Assembly (NCBI GenBank): GCA_976551045.1
Contig: CDPCPM010000050.1
Coordinates: 10,788,001-10,852,000, forward strand
Source of the DNA: Glaucostegus cemiculus
Taxonomy: Eukaryota
Length of the DNA: 64,000 nucleotides
Direction: 5' to 3'
The notes under the pieces were generated by a model. That model searched no databases. It was not told the DNA's origin and was given only the letters and a program-made list of their open reading frames with translations. Within the stretch, counting starts at the first letter, position 1; each line of letters starts with the position of its first letter. The position numbers and the translations under genes are program-made. Below are positions 37,901 through 51,219 of this stretch, in pieces.

Positions 37901-40279
37901 AGACTGACGATTAAAGAATGTATTCTATTCCCCACCCAAATAAAATCGACCAATATTTGTATATAGTTTAAAATGTTCTTTACGAAAGAGAACACGTATA
38001 TCCGACATGTGTGCGGTGTTGGCGAGTGTTAAGGATTCCTATCTTTAATTATGCTTCTAAAGGTGTGCATTCTCGCGTATGCATGTTGGTTATGCTCAGT
38101 ATTTCTAGAGTGCAATAACCCTCAGAGGATAAATCGCGAAAACACGTTACTTCGAATTGAAAATGTGAGATGATTGTTCATTTTCACAATACAATGATTA
38201 CAAGTCCCAAGCTACGTCAACTTTAATAGGCGTCCGCACAAAATCGATAAACTGTCACAACTCAGCAAAGTTTTGCGTTTAATATCACAAAGAACATTCT
38301 CTCAAGGACGCCAACTTGAACGACGAAAGATGTCCCGCGCTTTAGCAGGAAGATGGCATTTAAATGGTGTAATTAATTGGATGGAATTAAATGAATTTAA
38401 AAGTAGGCTGATTTCACGGCAACCCTTCAATGATTTATTATTATTTAACATATTTTGGCTTTCATCTGTTAACTGTTTCTGGTAAGGACAGGTATGTGTT
38501 TGCATCGGCGTTTATGTCGCAAAGAACACTCTGAAAATGAGCCCAGTCTGGAAAGGAACTGCAAATGTGAACAAGACAAAACTATAGATGGTTCAAGTAT
38601 AGTCACCGACTGAAAAGTGGGGAGCGTATTCCACGCTGCGAATATTTCAAATATTTCAGTTGCAGGTTTTATGATAAACGCCAGTAACCATTTTAGCTAA
38701 CAAAATAAATTAATTCCGCTTATACCTGTACATATCAACTCCGTGTGTTTGATCACTAAAATTGTATTTTTATCATTATGGATTGGGGAAAGATAGTTCT
38801 TCGAAAACATTCCTTTCTAAGAGTGGGAACATCATCAATAGCAGTGAAATGTCAAAATGCAAGTTGCTTTTGATCAACTTAAAACAAAGCTGAAATGATA
38901 CTGCGCTGTGAGGTTTAACAGGTTACATTGAGTCATGCAAAGCATCCTTTTTCAGATTCCCCCTATAGAATGCGGCAATACATTTGTGGTCTCCATTGAG
39001 TTTAGATCGGAAAGTGTGTGATATATTTGCCTTCTGCGGGAACAGATTAACCTTGCTGGAGAGGACTTGCCTGTAGAACCGGTGTAATCTCTCCGTTAGT
39101 TTGAACCACAGTCTAGCAATGGCCTGGTTATTAGAAGGACCTCTAACATTCGTGACTGGCTTTCGTTAAAATACATATATGGACAAAACAGCTAAAATTT
39201 GTTTTTGCTTCACCATCTTAACTCGGCAGTGAAGTAATGTAGCAGCATAGCCTTTCCGTAAAATGGAGCTAAAAGTCATGATTAATAACACACCACTTGG
39301 CGCCAACAACAGGCCGCGTTAAAGATACATGTCTTTAATCCTCTACTGAGAGAGAACAGAGATCGCCCAGGCTAAGCGACATGCTCCTTCGGCTGATGTC
39401 TCCAACAGGTTTGCAGTACTTTTCATCTTTGCAGCATTTCCTGTTAACTCGTAAACGTTTGATTGATAGGAAACTGATTAACCTGCCCGGGGTTACACAT
39501 GTATACTTGCTGTACAAGTGATCTATAAAAGCCGAGTAAGATTCCAGCAGGATATTTGTTGCTTCACTTGGTTGTTTCCTATATACATAGAAAAACACAC
39601 AGGATCGCACTTTCTAAAGTTGCAATGATATTCTGAAATTCAAAGTTTTGATTGTTTTTCAGATCTTGAGGGACTAATAATCTCAGATCATTCCCAATTT
39701 GAAAAGTTTCATAATTTACTCAAGGACATAAAGTTCCCTTATTCGGTGGTTGGCAATATTAAACAGTTTTTTTCCAACATTTATTGGTCGCACAGAGTTT
39801 TCCACACAGACTTTATTTAACTGGATACGCCCTTTTTTATGCAGAAAACATCTAATTCATTTTGGAGACACAAAATGTTGGGTCTGCAAGTATTTGTTGC
39901 ATCTCATTCATTTTCCTGCTTAATTGTTATATTAAAGCCATGATATTGTTCCTTTTCTCTAAATCATCCTAGTCGGGCAAGTTATCTCCTGGAGACGAGT
40001 TACAGTTAATAGAATTCTGAAGTATGGGGGTTACTATTGCGAACTACCGCCAAATTAATGGTGTTTTTCAATAACTTTTCCCCAATTCTCGAACTATAAA
40101 AATGTGCTCAGTATCGTGAGAATTCGTTCCAGAAATTTACTTAGATAATATATAAACGTACCGTTTTGAAAACCCTATAAAATGTTACATTATCTCTTTT
40201 CAGTAGTTATTCATTGAATATCAATGCAATGCAAGTGCTATGTTCGTTCTTAGATTCTCCTTTTTATTCGTTTATGGTC

Positions 40280-40880
40280 TGTGGGGACAGCTGGGTCGCG
40301 TTTAATGCTCGTTCTAGAGATCACCCCGAGAAGGAAGTATTGAGGCGTGTTTTTGAAGGGGGAAAGTCCCTGCAAGTATCAATGTTGTTAGCTGGGGCGC
40401 TTGCAGGACTTTGACCCAGAAATGATACAAATATATTTCCCAGGCCGGGGTGATGTGTGACATGGAAAGACACTTGCAAATGGTGGTGTTCCCGTGTACT
40501 AGTTCCTTTCTAGGTTTTGGAGATGGTTCGGGTTTGAGGCACTGCCGAGTAAGCCTGATCAGGATTTTATAGATTGTGGACACCATATGCTCCTCATGAT
40601 GGAATTGTAGTGAACGGTGTACCAATCACGCATTTGGTTTAATCTGGATGTTCTCGAACTTCTTGAATGTCATTGAAGCTGCAAGTGGCGAGTGTTCCCT
40701 GTACATGGAAGGAAGGCTTCGGGGAGTTTGCAGCTGAGCCACTTGCAGGCTGAGTTACGTTTTTGGTTACTATTGATCCCCGGAATATTGATGTGACGAC
40801 TCAAAGATGACCCTGTCATTGGAAATCGTGGTGATGTTAGATTCTCGCTCTTCTATTTGGAACTGGCTTTTCACCAACAC
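40280..40880 (-). mobile_element. Ancient L2/CR1-group LINE fragment
   Basis: ACTTGCAAATGGTGGTGTTCCCGTG...CCTTTCTAGGT...GGGTTTGAGG matches the family at 10745-11010 and 63470-63860. Confidence 0.5.
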
Positions 40881-41571
40881 TTACTACGTTGTTCGCGCCG
40901 TTTAATTTACACCTGTCACAAGCAACATGGATTACCTGCATCGAATTAACAAAATCAACTTAACTTCTCTGTATTTTAAATACATTTCTATTAATTACAT
41001 ATTCACTGCTTATGTTCCATTATAAATTAGCACATTTTACATGAACCAACTTCTGTCATGGCTACCCTGTGTAATATCTTATATTTAAACATTTAAGAAC
41101 TGCAATAAAATTTATCGAAACACGGCAAAATAAGTAAGCAACGTTTTGATACGTATTAGGAATTTACTCCCGAAAGTCATAGTAAAAAAAGATCTTAACT
41201 CCTTTAAAATAAATTAATATGAGATAGCATTTCGAGGTTTGATTAGTAACACATCATGTGATAAAATTTATAGATTTGACCTGACGGCATAGAATGCACC
41301 ATTTATTCTAAAGATAAATTCATCTTCTTTAAAATAAACAGAGCTTCAAGTTTGCACAAGCATTTACACGCTAACGTCTGAGAGGTTTAACGCGCATATA
41401 AAGGTAAATGCAGTGCCCTGTTTGAGATGTGTAGGCAAGGATTCTAATTAAGGATGTGGATAGCAAGACTGGTTGAATGAAACTCTTGTTAATCTCCAAC
41501 AACTGCTAATATATGAATCAAATCGGTTAGTGTTTTAGATCACTACCGCAAGTGATAAAAATAGAATATAA

Positions 41572-41636
41572 TCTAATTATATTCTATTATATTCTCTTAT
41601 ATTCTAATCTAATTATATTCTAATTATATTCTAATA
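41572..41636. repeat. Degenerate AT-rich tandem repeat (TTATATTCTAA-like unit)
   Basis: TCTAATTATATTCTATTATATTCTCTTATATTCTAATCTAATTATATTCTAATTATATTCTAAT. Confidence 0.85.
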
Positions 41637-43589
41637 AATTACTAATTTAAAGAGTTTTAAATAACTTTATTTAGAAACGTGTAAGTTTAAACAATAGCGA
41701 ACTCCTGAAAACACGTTAAAGCTAACAATGAAATCCATACTCGCTGAATTCAGTTCCTTTCCTGCATGCATTGTTGTGAATTGGGATACTTGGATTAAAT
41801 AACATTTATTAAAACATTCTGACATCGAAAGAAATTCTGCTATTAAAATTCACGCGAGAGATGTCTTTCAGATCTATACTCCACCTCACATTGACCTGTA
41901 TCATTGTGACAAGTGTTCTGAGAGTCAATGATGCAAAAGTACAATTGGTAGCTTTGCATTATTCATCATGGCGAGGCCCTTAAAGAATACAATCACTGAA
42001 ATATATAATAATGATTCAATATCTTGAGACGACTGCACGACATAGAATCTGTAATTATTTATTCGGGCTGATACATAACACAAAATGAAAATCTTTTCCA
42101 ATCCATTCTAGGTTGCACCCAATTTCAAGGCATTATTTCTATAACGTGTTGGTTCAAAGCAAAGCCAAGCAATAGTTGTATAGGTGAAGGAAATCTGTGG
42201 TAAAAGCCTTCTGAGAATATACGGAATTATTCAGTAACAATTACTGGCGCACCCTTATTTCTATATCACCTTTCTCCATCTGTAAAACTTCTACAAAGAC
42301 AATACGAGCCGTGCAGACTTACAACTGGAAATGGGCCTGAGCACGTATTGAACTGACTTGGGAGCCTGCCCGTTGTTGTACCTAATAACCAGACAAATTC
42401 CCATGATGCTGTTTGCAGCCAAAACAACGGAGTAGTAAAACAGGACCCCGCCTGTTTCTGAAAACTGAAGAAAACAATTGTGTGCGGTTAAAATATGGCT
42501 GCAATGACATTTTCTTTTGCAAAGTCTTGCAACTACAGATTTAATTTAGTTCATTCCTTTGTACTATAAAAGACCACAGATTTTATCCAATATTTGTTTA
42601 ATCAAATGAATCATGGTATGTAGCAAGCATATCTTGCTACGTCACATTATTCGAAAATTAAGTTGTTTCCATGTTGTTTGAGCAACAAAATGTGTGATTC
42701 TACCACACAATGGGCAGAGGCCTATTATCTTACTCTAAACGGCGAATGCAGAAATGCCTTTCTCACGTACATTAAGCGACTGTGACTTTTAAATAGTGAT
42801 TAACAAGATACAACTAAAATACATACTTTGTTAATATTTAATCCCAACCATTACACTTATTTAAACAAGAAACAAACATCTATATTTTAGAACAGGTTAT
42901 AAATAACTCTTAATAAACATTGCACATTGGTCGGTTTGCACTCACCACAAGTACTTGCCAATCATGACTGCCAATACCGTTTCCTAAATACAAAACCTTC
43001 AGATCATTGGTGTTCTTAACAACCCTAAATCCGTTCCACTCAAAATAGCCTTCACACTTATTTAATTGGCATTGCATATACTTTACTAGGTGTGCCGGCA
43101 GCACAACGTCACCAGAAGAGTCTTAACTTTTTTTTGCAATTTGCCAATGAAGGCAACTAACGATTTTACCTCAATTTCTGTTAGCCATGTTAGTGGATAA
43201 GACTTTAAAATAACCACTGGTAATAATTGCTTCCCAGGCTCTATCTTTTGATACTGTGAATCAGCAGGTTATCAGTTACTATATATAGCACAGTTCTTGT
43301 CACCGAAATGTCTGTACATTCATTTGACAAGATTTCAGTTAATAATACAATTCCAGCAGTCGAGCGCCGAGTTAAATTCTCGACAGAAATCTGTGTCACA
43401 AAAATGTTCAACTTATTCCAACATCTAACAATTGCAGACCTAAACAAAAATCTTCAACATATGCCGTGTTGGGCTTTAAACCTCCCTGTCCCATTGAACA
43501 TTGCCTGTTTTACACAATTTTCATTGCAATTGACGGGCATGATCTTGATTCAGGCTAACATTCCACTGTAGTTGCAGTCAACCAACACA

Positions 43590-43790
43590 AAAAGCCTATT
43601 TGCGTGTCGGTGACGTTGGCGACTTCTATAGGTGAATGGCTGATGATACCGCCGATATTCTCGCGGCATTCTTTATCTATTCGCGAATGGCTAGTAAAAT
43701 TTCTAATATTAAATTCGGTCAAGTCGCTGAAGTGGTTTAATACGAAAGTAGCTGGGCGTTGTGGTGACTCTGGGCCGAGGTATTCTTGGC
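43590..43790 (+). promoter_or_regulatory. Candidate distal tbx5 promoter / non-coding first exon
   Basis: CpG-rich, with a CRE half-site TGACGT and a TATA-like CTATAGG. It resembles my recollection of the human TBX5 5' UTR. Confidence 0.5.
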
Positions 43791-44389
43791 GCTGAATGAA
43801 CCATTTTTTTTAAATATAGGAAACAAAAGCCTGCAAGTATGATCCCAACTTAAAGGAAAGCTGTTGCTTTATTTCAGTGACCACGGAAACATTACACATC
43901 CTCGGTAGGTACAACAGATCTTGATTACAAAATTTCTGATGTGATAATGTGTTACTTTGGAGCTGGGTGAAGTGTATTATTCAACGTATGTTAACGTGAG
44001 AGTTGCCACAGTTCTTACTATATAATTTGCAGATGCATTATGACTACTTTAAAATCCACATATGACAATAAGTTATTTGTATCATTTTGTAAAGACACAG
44101 TAGTCAGCTGGAGGTAGTGAAATCTGACTTCATATAAATCATTTACCATACATTCCGGTAACGTTACCAAAACTCAGCCAGCCTAAACAATATAAAAGCA
44201 TTCAATATCTGAACGAAATGTTCGCCATCGTCTAAAATGGTATCCCCACCACCTTGTCATTAGACATATTAATTTTTTATCATTAAGATCTGAAAAGTCA
44301 GTTTAAATAACGCTGGCAAAATATTGGGAAGGAAAATGGAAAACATTATTCGTCCATTTGTCTCATTATGAAGTTTCTCCGTTAGGTAT

Positions 44390-44390
<1 letters not shown>

Positions 44391-44424
<34 letters not shown>
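44391..44424. repeat. (AG)17 microsatellite
   Basis: Perfect AG dinucleotide run. Confidence 0.95.
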
Positions 44425-44429
<5 letters not shown>

Positions 44430-45369
44430 ATATAGTGGAAGTAACGGTGATTTGGGCCAGAGATCTGTTTAATTTCAAATAAGTGGTGAATTCTGTGTTA
44501 TTGTATGTCCAGAAATATATTGCACTGTTGCCTATAGTGAGCTTCGCAGTCATGGCTACTCGACATTGCTAACTGTGTAATGTATGTTACAACGACAGTG
44601 AGATACCCTTTGATATGATTTTCCTCCATCGAAAGTTTAGATTTGGAAAAGAAAGCTGCGCTTTTAAGTACATCTTGCAAAGCTATACGAAGTGCATCAG
44701 CAGAAACTTTATTAATCTGTGTTGTACTCAAAAAGCCACAGAGGGGTGCATATTTCACTGAAATGTAACATGTATTTGTGCTGCATGCAGGATCATTAAG
44801 AGACATGAGAACACTGATATAGGATCCTTTCCTTATCAAAAATACAGTTCCCACACTGGATCATTTCAGAGTTCAGAATGCGAGAGCATGGCGTTTAGCA
44901 GACACCACCCATTCAACGACACTCGAAAAATAATTTTTAAATTAAGTTGAAATAAGCATTTCAAGTTTAAATGGCTTTTGCTTGTTTCACTCAATTTGAA
45001 AGCTCTGTGAATTTGAATTTATTGTCGCAATACTAATTTACAGAGTACCGTAAGTGCCAACTTAATCTCCTAGGATTTAAGCCACAGATTGAAAAAATAA
45101 ACAACACACAATTCTCCCCTCCTCTGATAAATGCAAAGAGAAAATGCAAAAGTACTCAGTACTGTATCTCAATACTTGCTTCTTCAGACAGGCTTGTTAC
45201 TTTCTTGATTTCTGCTTCTCCCATCTGGATAACGTCATGGTGAACTCTGAAGTTATCTACAGCCTAAAAGGGGAATCGGATCTGCATTTCACAACACTCA
45301 GTGGATTTTTTTTCCCGGAGAGATCTTTAGGTCCAGTCTGTGGTGAAAGGTTTCTTGGTTTTCATTTTT

Positions 45370-45940
45370 TTTGTGCGTCTGGTGTGGGTGGAGGAGCGTG
45401 TGGGTGTGTGTGAGGGGGTGGGGGTGCCTTTTGGTTAAAAAGAGGACCAAGATGGATGGTGAGGTGCTCAAGTTTCATCGCGTCTTTGTGCTGTGCTTGA
45501 GCTGCCAGGATGCTGGGGGGTCTGGGATGAGTCGCTCTATGTGGATCAGCGCTGGTTGGACAGGCGCTCAGCACTTCGAGCGCACGAAAGGCTCTTCACG
45601 TCACTCCAGTCAGCGCGCTCCTCTGGATGTGCACGCATTTCCTATATTACACACACAGCACCCACCAAATCTACCTTATGGGGGAACTGCTTTCCCACAA
45701 GTGCTCTGCACGCCAAGTTTCTTGTGCCTAGATACCCCAAACACTACGACAAGGCCTTATCTTTTTTCTCAAGATTCCTCTTGCGCGAACGGCAACCTGG
45801 AAGTATTTGGAGAAGTGCAATACCTCTGGCGATCTATGGATTGTTCAGCCTGGGATGTGTTAGCCTGTGCCTAACCAGGGAAGACAGCGATTGTGAAGGA
45901 TTGTATCAATACTTTTTCATTGTGGATAGATCTGAAGGTA
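45370..45940 (+). promoter_or_regulatory. Candidate proximal tbx5 promoter / alternative non-coding first exon
   Basis: Locally GC- and CpG-rich with G/GT boxes, CACGTCA (about 45597), a GATA site CTTATCT (about 45755), and GGCAACCTGGAAGTATTTGGAG. Confidence 0.45.
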
Positions 45941-48384
45941 CATTGCTATTCCTTTTTCGGGTTAAGTTTCATTATTTGTGCTTTCCCGTTTAGCGTGCGT
46001 GCATGTTGAGTGCATTGTCTATGTGCGAGCACAGATCGCGATTTATTTAAGTATCTTATCAGTGAATAACGGGGCCTGCGCGAAAAATAAAGAAAAAGGG
46101 GGCATTTCTGGTTGTTCCAGATTACTGTGGCAAGTCTTTTCGAAATGCGAGGAGCTGGGCATCTACTGATTAGTGAAATTTCAATGTGTACAAAAAATAT
46201 GACCAATGATGACACTGACCACTCTGAGTATGTGTTTACATATACAAGCACGGTGTCGGGGCCTATATTTACAGACTCATCGCTTTCCTCTGATCGTCCA
46301 GTGGTCTTCAGTTTTACATCAAATTTCACAATTACCCATCCTAGTAAAAGTAGGAGAGTTTAGCATCGAGGTAGCGGCTCTTGCAGTTTGCGAGCCTGTA
46401 GCGAGCATTTGCTATTTCTGGCAATTTTTGTTAAACCGCCTAATATTGCCGGAAGCACTTTCTTTTCGCTTTCCTCCCGAATGAGAAACTCTGTAAACAA
46501 TATTTTCCCCCCCGAAATCAGTAACATCTTTTGCCGGAACTTGAACTAAGATTCATATTAATGACACGTTCATTTAGAAATTGATCACATTACAGGAACT
46601 ATACGTTGTTCGAACTTAGCAAAAGTGCAATGTGGCAGTGCCGTACTTCCCTTACGGAACAGGGCTCGTTATCCCCATTGCCTTAATAATATCGCTGTAA
46701 ATACCCTGCAACATATACTGAGTAAATATCATTCTTCTTGCTAAAAAGAGCAAATATATTTTAACACGTATGGCTTCCTCTTAAATAGCCAGTGCATTCT
46801 CATTCAAACACGTGATGCATTAATAACACCCTGAAAGAAAATGCCTTATCTTCACAAAGATATGTTTTGCAAGCTAATATCGATTACAGGTACACACGCT
46901 GCGTGCCATGAATTATTTATAATAGTATCCCAGTGCCTAAAACGCATGGTCAATTAAGTGCCTAGCCAAAAGACCCGTGAACAATATGATTTCCTAAACT
47001 GAAACAAAATATAAATGTGAAATTAAAAATAGATAGATTTTATAATTTAGAATCTAAGTACTAAGAACAATTATAATTGCGTAAAATCTTCTCAGTTCAA
47101 CCTGCTTTAGAGAATGTTCCTTTGTGTATACAATTGATCAATAAAATATTAGGCAGCGTTACGAGCCGGCGACATATAATTTTAATGCACATAAATATTA
47201 TGAACCCATTAGTAGTCGCCCAGCCAGGATAAACGCGACCTAAATTATTTTTGCATGGTAATCCTCTTCGTCGCTGGCCGTTCACGCATTATAAACAGAG
47301 GCCCAGTTTAATTGGAGATAATATAGACCTACTAAACGCAAATGTATATTCAAATTGTGTTTTTTTTATCATGGAACATACTGACATGCTTTAAAATCAA
47401 TCTGGCGAAGACATTAGTGAATTACTTTGTATGTGTTTTGTGCTTCATTTGTGTTGTAAACTCTGTTCAGTATTTTTAGACCTCAAAGTGCTGAAGAGTA
47501 TAATCATTAAGCAGAAAGAGATGCTGGGAAATGATTAAAGCAACTGGACTCGCAAATGAAAGTAGCTAACAGTATTTAGGCAATGCAGTAACTGACTCAA
47601 AATTTCACGCCATATCAGAGATGAAATCACACGATAAGATAGCTTAACTAAAATACGGGTGCTATGGTGACAGTTTTGGGAGGCGGGGAAGGTTTAGCCT
47701 TTCAAACCTTGGAACTCTTCCCCATTTCGAAAATTAGGATCAGCTACAGAATTTTTAATTTTCTGTGGGTTACACGCTTCTGAAAACTACTCATTATTAA
47801 TACGATCACGTGCTCAGTCCTTTACTAACTCCCAGTGTACAGTGAGTGATTAAAAGTGCTCACTAGAGCCAATTAAACAATAGTCATCGTAATACCACGG
47901 AGAATCCTCGGGCTAATGTCGAAAGATGCCAACGCTTTAACAAGGCAAGGAAGCCAATGGAAGATGTTGGGTATAACGCAGAAACACGGGTCTACAAAGT
48001 AGAGGAAATGTAATTGCTGCTTATACTCCAATCAAACGGTTGCTCAAAAGCAGCCTGGAATCTTATCTTTATTACTCTTTCCAGAAGTCCAGACGAATTT
48101 CGTGAATACCTCGTTTATCTTTTGGAGTCAGCTGAGATTGTCATTAAGGTTTTATCCCTAATTTTCCATAACTTAATATAAAAGGCCTGCATTATGTAAT
48201 AGTGCGGTAGCTTGTTCTTTTTAGGCTATTTCACTCCCCCCTTTTATCCTTTCTCTTTTTCTCTACTTTTTCCTGTATTTATCAAGAGGGGGCTGTGAAC
48301 TGTGGTTGCCGTTTTACGTTGCTAACAATTAAGTCACAGTATTTGGGTTTTCGTGCTTCTTTTGCAAGAATTGTGCGGCGGAAT

Positions 48385-48534
48385 ATGGCGGAGAGTGAAG
48401 AAGCCTTCGGGCTGCCAGCAACAACACACAGCGAGTCCGAGCCCAAGGAACACTCTTCTGAAACTAAGCAGGACAGCCTGCTCGGAGCGGCCAACAAACC
48501 CCACTCCCCACAACAAGCTACATACACTCAACAG
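48385..48534 (+). CDS. tbx5: T-box transcription factor TBX5, coding exon 1
   Basis: MAESEEAFGL...SPQQATYTQQ resembles the TBX5 N-terminus (MADADEGFGL...SPQAAFTQQ). Kozak context aatATGG, donor CAG|GTTGGT, phase 0. Confidence 0.93.
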
Positions 48535-48869
48535 GTTGGTCTCAGACACCCCTACGCTAACAAAACAACGTGCAGTGCGGCATAATAAGTGCACGTTATT
48601 GCTTAACACGGGTAACAACTAGGTGCTACATGTAAATGTCTGTAAATGCATCTCTGACACCTTTCTTGGTGCTAGTGTACACAGACGCTTGATTGGTTAA
48701 TCTCATTGCTTGTAACATACTTTTGGGCCATTGCTTAGAATATCTCTGATTTGTAATTGAGGGCGAAATTATGAGGGAAGTTATTGCATTGATTAGTTAG
48801 ATTGCACTGATTTGTGCTGATAATGCAAATCTAATTGCAGATATTTTTCATTATAATTTCTACTTCTAG

Positions 48870-48965
<96 letters not shown>

Positions 48966-50300
48966 TAAGGAAGAATCAATTTATCCAAACAAAATGCTAC
49001 AAAAATCACCGTTGCTGCTTATGTTAATACCTATTGTGATCATCTTCACAGCTCGCCTCCGTACTTAAATGCAGTTGTGAATATGCTTTTGATCAGCCAA
49101 AGTTCGTAGTGACAGAACTTTCCCTGTTATACAAAATCTGTTCGTCCCAAAGGGAAATACTTAAGTGGTTCTAAAGAGTCGAATATAATAGATAATAACT
49201 TCAATGCTCAACGTTAAACAGGCTCAGATTAATCAATTTTTAATAAGAAATATTTCAAGTGATTGTTAAGAGCAAACCCAGTCAGCCTTGAAGTAACATC
49301 CAAGAAAGGTAGATTTTATGGAATATATATAAAGGGTTCCCCGAATACGTATATTTTAACCTAACTTAATCTTTAGACTGTTTGTAGGGACTATAGTATG
49401 AATGGTTAGGCTAAACTGCTGGAGCTTTTATAAACTGGCGCGAAAAGGTACTTTAATTAATATACAGGCTCGAATTAATAAATTATACTAATTACATGAA
49501 ATCATCTGCTCCCCGCTACATTCGCATTGAATTAATTTAAAGTTTGGTCAGATTCTTTTCCCACATCTCTTTCATATTATATTTCAGTAATATTCTAAAC
49601 AAGTTACAAAGTTGTGGGTTGAGGCAGAAGTTCAGGACATTCAATTTAAGGTGCCTTAAAAGAGCCTAGCCACGCAGGATATAATAGCAGTTTCGGGTTA
49701 AAGCGATGTTTACTTTACTATTCTGCCCTCACAAGATTTCTTTTCGCATGCAGACAACATGTTCCCTCATGGGCATTCAATTTCATCCCACTTACGCTGA
49801 ACAAGTAATAAATATTTATAAAGATCTGCATATATTCAAGCTGTTATTCGATAATTTGGTGAGACAATAAATACAGCTTTTCCATTTAAAAGCTTTTTAC
49901 TTCCCCCCTTAATGCGATTTCTTAATGGCTAAAAAAAACAGCTTCAGATTATTTTGCCGAAGTATTTTGTAAACACGTTTCGCATTCACAAACTAACAGC
50001 TACTTTGATACAAAGAGACGAAACATTAGGCTTTGTATGCAGGTTACAAATTAGGCCTTGATCGAAGCCATGTTTTGTATGTTACTTACTGCATTAACGC
50101 TGCCTGTTTAACCGCGGCTGCTATAATTCGTGTTTACTATGTACATGAATTACAGATCGTGTTTGTTTGTTCAAGTCGAACAATCAACCTTTCCATCAAT
50201 TTGCTTCTACAAAATAAATCTATGTATCAGTAAATACTGAGCGAGGTCTCCTGCGGCATATGTTATCTTGGAAAGTGGTCGAAATTAATATTTTCTGTAG

Positions 50301-50576
<276 letters not shown>

Positions 50577-50919
50577 TAACGGAGTTCCTTCACTGGGGAG
50601 ATGAGAATGATTAGTCTTTCAAAAGCGTCACTTGCTGTTACACAGGTCGGAAGCAGCACATGCAGTGTGTGAGGAAAGCAGTGTATGGATAAATGAGCGT
50701 CTTCTACATGGTTTATAAGGTTTAATTCAAACAAACACGTGGGGGTTTTAAATCGACGTTTTTCCCAGGTATCTGGAGCATTTCACTTCCGAGCAGAGAC
50801 TCTGCAATGCAGATTCAGGGGTTGGTTTCAACGTGTATGAAATCTTCATTGAGAGCGACACCTGCTTTATCGTTGTCAGTGCTCTTTGTGTGCTCTGTGT
50901 CTAGACGGGTCGGATGTAG

Positions 50920-51219
<300 letters not shown>

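Noticed and set aside
41572-41636. CRISPR-like or functional repeat array
   Set aside because: Low-complexity slippage repeat with no spacers, in a vertebrate locus.
42620-42640. Hairpin GTAGCAAG-CATAT-CTTGCTAC
   Set aside because: An 8-bp inverted repeat is expected by chance in 64 kb, and there is no supporting context.
45371-45993. Overlapping 167-aa and 166-aa ORFs upstream of tbx5
   Set aside because: No recognisable domain and non-ATG starts. They are explained by locally high GC in a promoter-like region.
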